Source: an uncultured Christensenella sp. (lineage in GTDB: Bacteria; Bacillota; Clostridia; Christensenellales; UBA3700). Taken from it: a stretch of 64,000 nucleotides of DNA. The stretch lies in NCBI GenBank assembly GCA_949290515.1, contig CASERZ010000010.1, forward strand, positions 22,153-86,152, in the 5' to 3' direction. Numbering within the stretch: the stretch's first letter is position 1; every line of letters starts with the position of its first letter. Positions 1 to 8,310 of this stretch are shown here, in pieces. The translations under genes and the position numbers were made by a program. The notes beneath the pieces are model-generated. The model did no database searches and was not told the DNA's origin. It saw nothing but the letters and a program-made list of their open reading frames with translations.

Positions 1-406
1 CATTGTCAAACATCCAGTCGCTGAAGAAGCCTGCCTTTTTGATTGTAACGGAAAGCTTACCTTCGTTGAGCGCCGTCAAAGGAGAGGAAGATATCGCATA
101 AGGACGAGTTACTTCGCTTTCTCCTACCTTAGCCGTAACGGTGATATACTGTCCTGCTCTGAAAATCATTTTTTTAGATAGCGCAAATACGTACGTCTTT
201 GTATCTGCTGTCTCAGTAATCACTTCTGCAAGCTTGACGTCCTGCTTGCCGGGATGAAGTATCTTTGCCGTTTCGTTGACTGTGTACGTTGAGGGCAAAG
301 GAGTTGCGGGAGCCGTTTCGAGTTTTTCTCTGCGCTTTGCAACCATTTTCTTAAATCTCAGTAAATCCATAAATCCGAAGATTTGTTTCTTAAAACGATA
401 TGCCAT
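1..406 (-). CDS. Ferredoxin-NADP reductase-like FAD-binding oxidoreductase (5' part; runs off the window)
   Basis: Manual translation from the ATG at 406 (GGAGG RBS) gives MAYRFKKQ...FRAGQYITV...VTRPYAISSSP...VTIKKAGFFSDWM. FRAGQY and RxY(S/A)ISS are FNR-family FAD-binding motifs. Not in the ORF track. Confidence 0.8.
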   Translation of the reverse strand, partial: MAYRFKKQIFGFMDLLRFKKMVAKRREKLETAPATPLPSTYTVNETAKILHPGKQDVKLAEVITETADTKTYVFALSKKMIFRAGQYITVTAKVGESEVTRPYAISSSPLTALNEGKLSVTIKKAGFFSDWMFDN

Positions 407-408
407 AA

Positions 409-1938
409 TCAGCCCTCCTTCTTTATGTCGCCTACTGTCTGACGTCCCGAGATATCACCCGAGAAATATGCGCTCGAATAGCCCGACAATCTCATTGCGT
501 ATCCGCCTGCAAAACGCAAGCCCTTGATGTTTCGCTCTTCCTGGTCCTCACTCATCATAAGGAGTCTGGGAGTCAATCCGTCCCAATACTGCGATTCGTA
601 ACCGTAAATGTCTCCCTGAGGATGCATACAGTATCTCGCATACGTCATAGGAGTAGCTATGGATATCTCTTCTATACAGTCGCTAATCTTACAGCCCGTA
701 TCCTGCTCGAAACGCTCTATCATACGTTTCGCTACGTCCTCTTTTGTAGCTACGTAATCTTCAGGTTTTACGTTAGCCCAGTCGTCGGACATATAAAGCG
801 TGGTAAAATACATCATCGTGGTACCTTCGGGAGAACATTCGGGATAAGCTCTGTTGAGACATACCGTCGCCTGAACTTCGTTGGTAGCGATTTTCTTCAT
901 AATGTCATACTGCTTAGCGGTATCCATCGTATCGTACAGGAAGTAGTTGTGATTTGTTATACCCAACTCGTCGGGAGATTTGTTGAGTCCCAAAAACATA
1001 GTATAGCCTCTGCCTGCGAATTTTCTTGCATTGACTGCGCGAACGATTTTTTCGGGTACGTTGTCTATCATACTGCCGAATACCGTATGAGGAGAACAGT
1101 TGGCTACTACGTGCTTAGTAGCGATTTTCTTGCCACCTTTGAGTACTACTCCGCATACTCCGTTTTCGTCGGTGAGAATCTTCTCAGCCAGAGAATTGAA
1201 CCATACGTCACCGCCCAGTTCTCTTATTCTCTCTACCATAGCGAGTGAAATTTCGTGAGAACGCATCTTGGGCATAGCCGCGCCTTTGGTGATATATCTG
1301 TATACCATCGAAGCATAATGAATAAAGCTCAAATCGTCGCAATGCGCGCCCAGATAGCACCAGTACGCATTGAGTATATCGCGTGCCTTTTTAGGCATTT
1401 TGATAGCTTTGAGAACTTCGTTGACAGAGTACGAGCCTACGCGCACAAAATTGGAATACTCCGAAAGCATAATCTTTTGGTCAGTCTTGCCGTTGACGGA
1501 ATTGCTGTAAGCCTGTGCCGCGTGAATTTCCTTGCAAAGCGCAAAGAACTTTTCCATCGAGGGACGGCTGTCAGGTACGTAACTCACCATCTTGTCAATA
1601 AACTCTTCTACGCCGAAAGGCATAGTAGCGTCGAGTTTTTCCTCACGCGAGATTACTCTGTAAGCCTCGGGAATCTGCAACCATTCTATTTTATCGGTTA
1701 CCCCCAGCGAATCGAACAAATCTCTTACGTCGCCGCTGTTTTCTTTGGTACCGAAGTCGTTGAGCTCGTGCAACGAAGCTTCAAACTCAAATCTGCCTCT
1801 TTTAAAACTCGTTGCAAATCCGCCGGGAATGTTGTGCTTTTCCACAAGCAATACCTTGTATCCGCCTTGCAACAGTCTAATCGTGGCAACCAAACCGCCG
1901 TTACCTGCGCCGATAACGACCGCATCATACTTTATCAT
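409..1938 (-). CDS. Phytoene desaturase (CrtI)/retinol saturase-family NAD(P)/FAD oxidoreductase
   Basis: N-terminal Rossmann motif VVIGAGNGGL...EKHNIPGG..TSF.RG.FEFE; C-terminal ATPMTYARY..HPQG.IYG and GLRFAG; 509 aa. Confidence 0.85.
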   Translation of the reverse strand: MIKYDAVVIGAGNGGLVATIRLLQGGYKVLLVEKHNIPGGFATSFKRGRFEFEASLHELNDFGTKENSGDVRDLFDSLGVTDKIEWLQIPEAYRVISREEKLDATMPFGVEEFIDKMVSYVPDSRPSMEKFFALCKEIHAAQAYSNSVNGKTDQKIMLSEYSNFVRVGSYSVNEVLKAIKMPKKARDILNAYWCYLGAHCDDLSFIHYASMVYRYITKGAAMPKMRSHEISLAMVERIRELGGDVWFNSLAEKILTDENGVCGVVLKGGKKIATKHVVANCSPHTVFGSMIDNVPEKIVRAVNARKFAGRGYTMFLGLNKSPDELGITNHNYFLYDTMDTAKQYDIMKKIATNEVQATVCLNRAYPECSPEGTTMMYFTTLYMSDDWANVKPEDYVATKEDVAKRMIERFEQDTGCKISDCIEEISIATPMTYARYCMHPQGDIYGYESQYWDGLTPRLLMMSEDQEERNIKGLRFAGGYAMRLSGYSSAYFSGDISGRQTVGDIKKEG

Positions 1939-1974
1939 AGACGCCTCCTTTTAATATTTTATATAATATGTTTT

Positions 1975-2544
1975 TTATTCGTTTTTATACGGTTTTTCCC
2001 CGTAATTATTCAATAACCCTTTGAATACGTCGCTAAGCATACGGTTGACGTCCTCTTGCTCGAATTGCGCCGTATCGGTGGCTGTCATTGTGGCAATACC
2101 GTGCGCAAATAACCACATCTCACGCATTACGATACGCGAGCATTCTTTGTCCATTACGCTCTGCGTATTGAGCGCATCGAGAATAAACGGCATTTGCTCT
2201 ATGGAAGAGAGTACGTCTCTTCCGTTATTGTCGCTCATAAACAAGGCTTTGAAGAGTTGCTTTTGCTCTTTTGCGAATCTTATATAGTTTATGCCTATTG
2301 CCTTGTAAGGATTTGCGCCCTCTGCTCCGCTTTTCAGACACTCTTCAAACATAGAATTCGCACGGGCAAGCACGACGCTCTTTATTTCTTCCATATTGGC
2401 ATACCACCAAAACAGCGGTTGAGTAGAACACGACAGCTCTTTTGCAAGATTTTTTGCACTTAGTGCGTCTATTCCGTCACGCCTTACGAGAGCAAACGCT
2501 CCGTCGGCTATCCTCTCTCTCGAAATCCTTGTTTTGGGCGGCAT
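1975..2544 (-). CDS. TetR/AcrR-family transcriptional regulator
   Basis: N-terminal HTH MPPKTRISRERI...G...LSAKNLAKELSCSTQPLF; 189 aa. Confidence 0.9.
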   Translation of the reverse strand: MPPKTRISRERIADGAFALVRRDGIDALSAKNLAKELSCSTQPLFWWYANMEEIKSVVLARANSMFEECLKSGAEGANPYKAIGINYIRFAKEQKQLFKALFMSDNNGRDVLSSIEQMPFILDALNTQSVMDKECSRIVMREMWLFAHGIATMTATDTAQFEQEDVNRMLSDVFKGLLNNYGEKPYKNE

Positions 2545-2569
2545 AATTACCTCGTATGTTTCTAATTAT

Positions 2570-2598
2570 ATAATACCCGTTATGTATCACAAAGTCAA
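2570..2598 (-). promoter_or_regulatory. SigA promoter of the tetR operon, with a partial palindrome (ATAAC...TTAT) as possible TetR operator
   Basis: TTGACT-17 nt-TATTAT on the minus strand upstream of tetR. Confidence 0.6.
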
Positions 2599-2810
2599 TA
2601 TATATGTTAAATTTTTAACATATATTATAAAAATTTTGCTTTTAATCGTAAATTACGACTCAAATATAAGTATAAGTAAAACACAGAAGATTAATATTAA
2701 TTAAAATAATCCGAATTATATGCGAATTTCTTTAACGCTATTGCATGTCAAACCTGTGAATGAAAACTAAAAAATAATATGTCTTACAAACGAATTATGT
2801 TTAATTCAAT

Positions 2811-2840
2811 AAAAAAACCGCTTCCTGACAGGGAAGCGGC
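2811..2840 (-). terminator. Rho-independent terminator of the pilin operon
   Basis: Minus strand CCGCTTCC-ctgtca-GGAAGCGG followed by T7, just after the stop of the last pilin. Confidence 0.8.
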
Positions 2841-2861
2841 ATTGCTTTCGTTTTTATTATA

Positions 2862-3323
2862 TTATACTTGCATCAAAGCCGTCTTTCTAAGATCAGGATC
2901 TTCAATGCCGTCTCTAAAGAAATATACAGTGATAAACCCGTCATCTCCGGCATATACAACTATCATAGTCTGCGTGTAATCAGAAAAACTGTTTTCACTA
3001 CCTACTTGTTCGGCGGTAGGAACAGTCGCATTGTTTGATATGTGATAAATAGGATAAGGGAAACTCGAATTGACCATATATTCTTCGTTTATCCTATCTA
3101 CTACTGCTGCAGACGTAATGTGAAGTTGAGCCATATTCAAATCCGTAATCGCTAATCTGACCTGCGACACAACTTCTTCGGTATAAGCTTCATCGGCTGC
3201 TTCATTGGTACTGCCGAGATACTGCATCGTGGACGGAATAGCCACGGCCGCAAGTATGCCCATTATGGCGATAACTACCATAAGTTCTACCAATGTAAAG
3301 CCTTTTTTCGCTCTTCTTTTCAT
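2862..3323 (-). CDS. Type IV pilin (class III signal peptide)
   Basis: KRRAKKG|FTLVELMVVIAIMGILAAVAIP. Start moved to the ATG at 3323 after the AAGGTGG RBS. Confidence 0.9.
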   Translation of the reverse strand: MKRRAKKGFTLVELMVVIAIMGILAAVAIPSTMQYLGSTNEAADEAYTEEVVSQVRLAITDLNMAQLHITSAAVVDRINEEYMVNSSFPYPIYHISNNATVPTAEQVGSENSFSDYTQTMIVVYAGDDGFITVYFFRDGIEDPDLRKTALMQV

Positions 3324-3340
3324 AAAATCCACCTTATCTT

Positions 3341-3793
3341 TTATTCGACAAGTACCCAGCCGTTACGATCTGCATTAGGGACAAAACTGTAGGAAGTAAC
3401 GCTGTCTGATTCTGCCCAATATACTTTGAATGCAGAATACGAAAACGAAGTCTCCTTTGTGGAATAGTCTCCTGCAACAACCGATACTTTAACTTTTTCT
3501 GCGCCGTCCTGAGATATTCTCACTTCTGTGACATACCCTGTCTCCGGCATTTCGCTTTCAAGAATCTCTTGAATAGTATCCTTGGCAACTCTTCCCTCTT
3601 TTTCTATTGAGATGAGCGTCAAACTTTTTTGTATAGTCCCCATAAGGTTGAGAACTTCGTTTTCAGCCATACTCTCTTTTGCCTTTTGAACATATGAAAG
3701 AGTCGTAGGTATTGCAACTGCAGCTATAATGGCTATGATTGCAATGACCACTATCAGCTCTACAAGCGTAAAGCCTTTCTTTTTGCCTCTCAT
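3341..3793 (-). CDS. Type IV pilin
   Basis: MRGKKKG|FTLVELIVVIAIIAIIAAVAIP. Start at the ATG at 3793 after the GGGGAG RBS. Confidence 0.9.
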   Translation of the reverse strand: MRGKKKGFTLVELIVVIAIIAIIAAVAIPTTLSYVQKAKESMAENEVLNLMGTIQKSLTLISIEKEGRVAKDTIQEILESEMPETGYVTEVRISQDGAEKVKVSVVAGDYSTKETSFSYSAFKVYWAESDSVTSYSFVPNADRNGWVLVE

Positions 3794-3818
3794 ACACTCC
3801 CCCCTTAATAAATACCTA

Positions 3819-3851
3819 CGCACTTACGGCTCTTATTGAACCGTAAGTGCG
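3819..3851 (-). terminator. Hairpin after the probable major pilin (partial terminator or mRNA stabiliser)
   Basis: CGCACTTACGG-11 nt-CCGTAAGTGCG is a perfect 11-bp stem with only a weak U-tract in the minus direction. Confidence 0.6.
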
Positions 3852-3885
3852 GGTTTTTACATCTTAAATGTATGCACAATAAGCA

Positions 3886-4350
3886 TTAAGCCCAACCTGT
3901 ATCACCGGAAGGTGCAGTGTAAGTAGTGATACAATCAGAGGCTATGGACAAACCAAGATTAGAAAGATTGTATGTCTTTTCTACGGTAACAGCGGTACCA
4001 TCGTCTGTAGCGTTAGTTCTAACGATAATTGTGAAAGCAGTTGCGGTAGAACCAGATTCAACTTCAATGCCGGTTACAGCATTAACGGTTCCCATTGCAC
4101 CATTCAAAATTCCAATGAAATCAGCTTTTGTAAGATTGGTGCTATTCAAAGAATATTCCGTAAATGCAGTATTGAGTGCGTTTGCAAGTTCGTTTGCTTC
4201 GTTTTGAGCGGTGCTGACTTTAGCTTTGTTTACGTAAGAAATCGTTGTAGGAACTGCAACTGCAGCAATGATTGCAATAATTGCAATAACTACGATAAGC
4301 TCAACCAGCGTAAAGCCCTTTTTCTTGTTCTTTTTCAAATTTGCTATCAT
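3886..4350 (-). CDS. pilA: Probable major type IV pilin (PilA-like)
   Basis: KKNKKKG|FTLVELIVVIAIIAIIAAVAVP; Ala/Thr-rich 154 aa; strong RBS; followed by a hairpin. Confidence 0.8.
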   Translation of the reverse strand: MIANLKKNKKKGFTLVELIVVIAIIAIIAAVAVPTTISYVNKAKVSTAQNEANELANALNTAFTEYSLNSTNLTKADFIGILNGAMGTVNAVTGIEVESGSTATAFTIIVRTNATDDGTAVTVEKTYNLSNLGLSIASDCITTYTAPSGDTGWA

Positions 4351-4420
4351 AATATCCCTCCATATTTGAAAATATAATTTTTATTTTATATCCGCTTAAT
4401 TTATAAGCGATTATAATCAA

Positions 4421-6115
4421 TCAGGTTACCGTATAGATAATACGCTTGTATTCGTCAAGGCTCGTAACACCCTTTCTGACAAGTTCTCTCAAGCTGTCCG
4501 CAAGGAATTTTGCGCCGTTCTTTACTGCCACGGCACGGATTTCGTCCGTTCCCTTGCCCGCGGTAATCATCTTTTTCATAGCGTGGTCAAGTTCTACTAT
4601 CTCGTATACCGCGATACGTCCGCTATAACCGGCGTTGTTGCACTCGGGACAGCCTACAGGCTCGTATATATCTTTTATCGTCATATCCTCAAGCAAGCCT
4701 TGATCGGTATTCTCTGCGTCACGTCTCTTCTTGCAGTAAGGGCACAATCTCTTAACAAGTCTTTGCGCTATGATTGCATTGACGGAAGCGGATACCAGAT
4801 AAGGAGGTATTCCCATATCTATCAAACGTACAATCGTAGCAATTGAATCGTTGGTGTGCAGCGTAGACAATACCAAGTGACCCGTAATAGCCGCACGGGT
4901 AGCGATTTCTGCCGTCTCGTAGTCACGAATCTCACCGACCATTATTACGTCGGGGTCTTGACGCAAAAGCGAACGGAGCGCACTTGCAAAGGTAAGTCCT
5001 GCCTTTGAGTTTGTCTGTACCTGATTGACTCCCATCATCTGTTTTTCGACAGGGTCTTCGACAGTCGTAATGTTTATGTTAGGCTGTCTCAGTTTATTGA
5101 GTACCGCATACAATGTGGTTGATTTACCCGAACCGGTAGGTCCCGTAACGAGAATAATACCGTTGGGGGCACTCAATATATGATTGAATTTCTCAATGTT
5201 CTCCTTGCTCATACCCAGTTGCTCGAAAGACAAAAGGTTTTCGCCGCCGGTGTTGAGCAAACGCATAACGCACTTTTCTCCGTATATGGTAGGCAACGTG
5301 GATACACGAAGGTCTACTTTAAACGAGTCCGTTATGTAAGCGAATCTGCCGTCCTGAGGAACACGCTTTTCCGCTATATTCATACCCGACAAAATCTTGA
5401 TACGGGATATGATGCTGTTGAGTGAGCTTGCGGCAAGTCTCATACTTTCTACCAGGTCGCCGTCAATACGCATACGTATAATGACTTCCTTCTCGAAAGG
5501 CTCGATGTGTATATCCGATACCTGCCTCATATACGCCTGATGTACCAAGTTGTTGACCAGCTTAACGACAGGAGTGTTGTTTACGCTGGATTCAATCTCG
5601 TCCATCTTTTTGTTGGTATCAGCGGACATCATATTGATGGCACTCGCTACGTCTTCTTTTTCTTCGTGATAGAATAGTTCGACGTTTTTATAATACCTGT
5701 CAATAGCGTTGAGAATACGCTCCTGAGTAGACAAGACGACTACGGTCTCCATCTTGGAGCTCATCTTGATATCTTCGAGGACGCCCATTTCCTCGGGATT
5801 GGATATCGCGACTACAATCTTGTTGCTGCGGATATCTATAGGCATCAACTCGTATCTGCGAGCAAGCGTCTCGGGAACGAGTTTTAATACTTCGGGACGT
5901 TTTACTACCAACTCTTTGTTGATAAACTGGACGTCCATTCGCTGTGCGTACGCCTCAAGAAGCTGGTCTTCGTTGAGGATTCCGCGGGATATAAGTATCT
6001 GACCTATTTCTTCGTCGGGATGACTTCTCTGCCAACGTTTTGCGTCGTTGAGTTGTTCTTGTTTGATAACTTTATTATTGAGAAGTATTTCCCAAATCGC
6101 TGAATTGTTGTCCAC
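4421..6115 (-). CDS. pilB: Type IV pilus assembly ATPase PilB (GspE/PulE family)
   Basis: SDIHIEP, PQDGR, Walker A GPTGSGKSTT, LRQDPDVIMVGEIRD, TGHLVLSTLHTN, two CxxC zinc motifs. Confidence 0.95.
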   Translation of the reverse strand: MDNNSAIWEILLNNKVIKQEQLNDAKRWQRSHPDEEIGQILISRGILNEDQLLEAYAQRMDVQFINKELVVKRPEVLKLVPETLARRYELMPIDIRSNKIVVAISNPEEMGVLEDIKMSSKMETVVVLSTQERILNAIDRYYKNVELFYHEEKEDVASAINMMSADTNKKMDEIESSVNNTPVVKLVNNLVHQAYMRQVSDIHIEPFEKEVIIRMRIDGDLVESMRLAASSLNSIISRIKILSGMNIAEKRVPQDGRFAYITDSFKVDLRVSTLPTIYGEKCVMRLLNTGGENLLSFEQLGMSKENIEKFNHILSAPNGIILVTGPTGSGKSTTLYAVLNKLRQPNINITTVEDPVEKQMMGVNQVQTNSKAGLTFASALRSLLRQDPDVIMVGEIRDYETAEIATRAAITGHLVLSTLHTNDSIATIVRLIDMGIPPYLVSASVNAIIAQRLVKRLCPYCKKRRDAENTDQGLLEDMTIKDIYEPVGCPECNNAGYSGRIAVYEIVELDHAMKKMITAGKGTDEIRAVAVKNGAKFLADSLRELVRKGVTSLDEYKRIIYTVT

Positions 6116-6137
6116 TAATATCCCTCCTTGTATATAA

Positions 6138-6166
6138 ATTATATTACAATTTATTTACAGTGTCAA
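6138..6166 (-). promoter_or_regulatory. Consensus SigA promoter for pilB-pilins
   Basis: TTGACA-17 nt-TATAAT on the minus strand, then the AAGGAGG RBS. Confidence 0.8.
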
Positions 6167-6239
6167 TATGCAATTTTTATTTTTGCCTGTTTTTTAACAT
6201 TGTTTTGGGCTAAAATCCATAATGCATTAACTATTAGTT

Positions 6240-7253
6240 TTAGAATATAAGATTTGTATAACCTTTTATTATTGAATCGCCCAAATAAACCGTAATTAAA
6301 GTTGCCAAAGCAATGAACGGTCCGAAAGGAATTGCCTTGCCTTTAGGCATATCGTCCTCATCTTCCTCATTATCGGAATCACCCTCTTGCGCTTGAATAT
6401 CTGCAAGCTTTTTGTCCTGTTGGGCATTGCCTTCTAAAGCGACGCTTTTGCCGTCTTCTATAGCGACAGACTTTTCTCTCTCAGTTTCCGCGTTGGCTTC
6501 AATGCAATCAACGCTCTTCTCGGTGATTGTTTCCGCGCTCTCTCCCGCACTCTCTTCGCAAAGTCTTTTCTCCTCTTCCGAATCAGCCTCGTTCTGTTCC
6601 TTTTTCTTGCGTACAATCATATAAACAATAGAGAATATTCCGCCCACGACCACTGATATAAGGAAAATAACCAGAATCTTCTGCCAGCCGAACAAAAGTC
6701 CGAGTACAAAATACAGTTTCACGTCTCCCAGTCCCATTCCTCCGAAAAGAGCCAGTATGAGCATAGGCAAGCTTATGCATACGCAACCGATAAGTTTGGA
6801 TTGCCACGATACGCCCGATATAGGGAAAAAAGTAATAAGTCCCAAAAGTAATATCGTCACATTGGAAGAATCGGGTATCTCGAAAGTATCGAAGTCTATC
6901 ATTGCGACAACTATCAGTACCGACACGAGCACGTCGTATACCAACGTCATCCAGCTTATGCCGAATACGGCAAAATTGACGACCCACAGAATACAGTTTA
7001 AAGCCTCAATCAAAGGATAGCGGGGAGAGATTGACGCGTGACAATTGCGACATTTCCCCTTCAAAATCAAATAGCTTATCACAGGAATATTGTCATAAGC
7101 CTTTATCGGCGCGCCGCATTTGGGGCAAAAAGAACGTGCCTTTGAAAAAAAAGTGCCTTTGGGAAGACGATATATGACTACGTTGAGAAAACTACCTATC
7201 GCCAATCCCGCTAAAGCACTCAAAAAATACAAAGTAACAGTCAGAGCAAGCAT
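6240..7253 (-). CDS. pilD: Prepilin peptidase PilD (A24)
   Basis: GSFLNVVIYRLP, CPKC/CRNC zinc motifs, IDFD and GMGLGDVKL catalytic Asp, IPFGPFIA. Confidence 0.95.
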   Translation of the reverse strand: MLALTVTLYFLSALAGLAIGSFLNVVIYRLPKGTFFSKARSFCPKCGAPIKAYDNIPVISYLILKGKCRNCHASISPRYPLIEALNCILWVVNFAVFGISWMTLVYDVLVSVLIVVAMIDFDTFEIPDSSNVTILLLGLITFFPISGVSWQSKLIGCVCISLPMLILALFGGMGLGDVKLYFVLGLLFGWQKILVIFLISVVVGGIFSIVYMIVRKKKEQNEADSEEEKRLCEESAGESAETITEKSVDCIEANAETEREKSVAIEDGKSVALEGNAQQDKKLADIQAQEGDSDNEEDEDDMPKGKAIPFGPFIALATLITVYLGDSIIKGYTNLIF

Positions 7254-7262
7254 ATTCACCTT

Positions 7263-7901
7263 CTATGCAAAATAACAAAGAAATTTAGAGCCAGCGCTAG
7301 TAAAACTAATACTGTTGCCCAATCTTTCAAGGTTGAGAAGCTTGAAAGATTCCTTGCCTTGCGTGACTACTCTTTCCGGATTATCTCTTTCGTAAACATA
7401 AATCTGTACTCTCAAGGTAAGATAATCTCCCGAAGCCGCATTATAAAGCGGAACAAAGGATATTTGCACTCCGTATTTATCGTAAGCGGATTCTTCGAGA
7501 ATGAGTTTGCTTCCTACAGGCAATCCTCTATCGTCTAGTTCAAATTCTCCGAGATAATCACTCTCGAGATAATATACGTATCCGTTGAAACTGAACATGA
7601 CGTGATGAGTTTTGAGATATTCGGGTTTTATCTCGCCGCTTTGTCCCAAAGCGCTACCTGAATCAAGGACGACCTCCTCTTTGGTATAAAGATTTTTCTT
7701 GACCAAAGCCAAAACAAGATCCTTCACGTCATCCGCCATAAGGGTTTCTGTTCCTTTAGAAAACGTCCTGCTCGCAGAACTCGTAATTGCAAAGACGGAT
7801 ATCGTAAGAATACTCATAATAACCATGGCAACGAGAAGTTCCACAAGCGTAAAACCTTTTTTCCATTTATTCTTGGTCTTTTTAATTCTGTTTATCAACA
7901 T
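7263..7901 (-). CDS. Minor pilin (PilW-like)
   Basis: KKG|FTLVELLVAMVIMSIL class III signal. Confidence 0.8.
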   Translation of the reverse strand: MLINRIKKTKNKWKKGFTLVELLVAMVIMSILTISVFAITSSASRTFSKGTETLMADDVKDLVLALVKKNLYTKEEVVLDSGSALGQSGEIKPEYLKTHHVMFSFNGYVYYLESDYLGEFELDDRGLPVGSKLILEESAYDKYGVQISFVPLYNAASGDYLTLRVQIYVYERDNPERVVTQGKESFKLLNLERLGNSISFTSAGSKFLCYFA

Positions 7902-7903
7902 AA

Positions 7904-8308
7904 TCAATCACCGACGTATATGCAATACGATATTCCGGAATCGTTGAGCGTATAGATATAATACGTTCCTTGAGAAGTAACTCTCTTTTTGATTTCGCTG
8001 TCCTTGTTGCTGAGTTCAAGAGTCAAAGGCTGATAAGTGTATTCACCCTCTGCATGGTCGGAGCTCACTACGGTAATCGTAATATTTTCTGTACTGCCCG
8101 TTTCGATAGCTTCGACAAGTCTTTCTCTGTCACTATCGTAAGCTATTGACATATTGACCATCTTTGTGGAAGTAAACATAAACGTGGAAAACATTATCGC
8201 CATCATTGCAAACAATGCCACACTCACTATCGCCTCCAACAGAGTAAATCCTTTTTTCCCTTTGAGTCTTACCAGTGAGAATCTTCTCTTTTTTTCAGTC
8301 TTTCTCAT
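7904..8308 (-). CDS. Minor pilin (PilV-like)
   Basis: GKKG|FTLLEAIVSVALFA class III signal. Confidence 0.8.
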   Translation of the reverse strand: MRKTEKKRRFSLVRLKGKKGFTLLEAIVSVALFAMMAIMFSTFMFTSTKMVNMSIAYDSDRERLVEAIETGSTENITITVVSSDHAEGEYTYQPLTLELSNKDSEIKKRVTSQGTYYIYTLNDSGISYCIYVGD

Positions 8309-8310
8309 AA

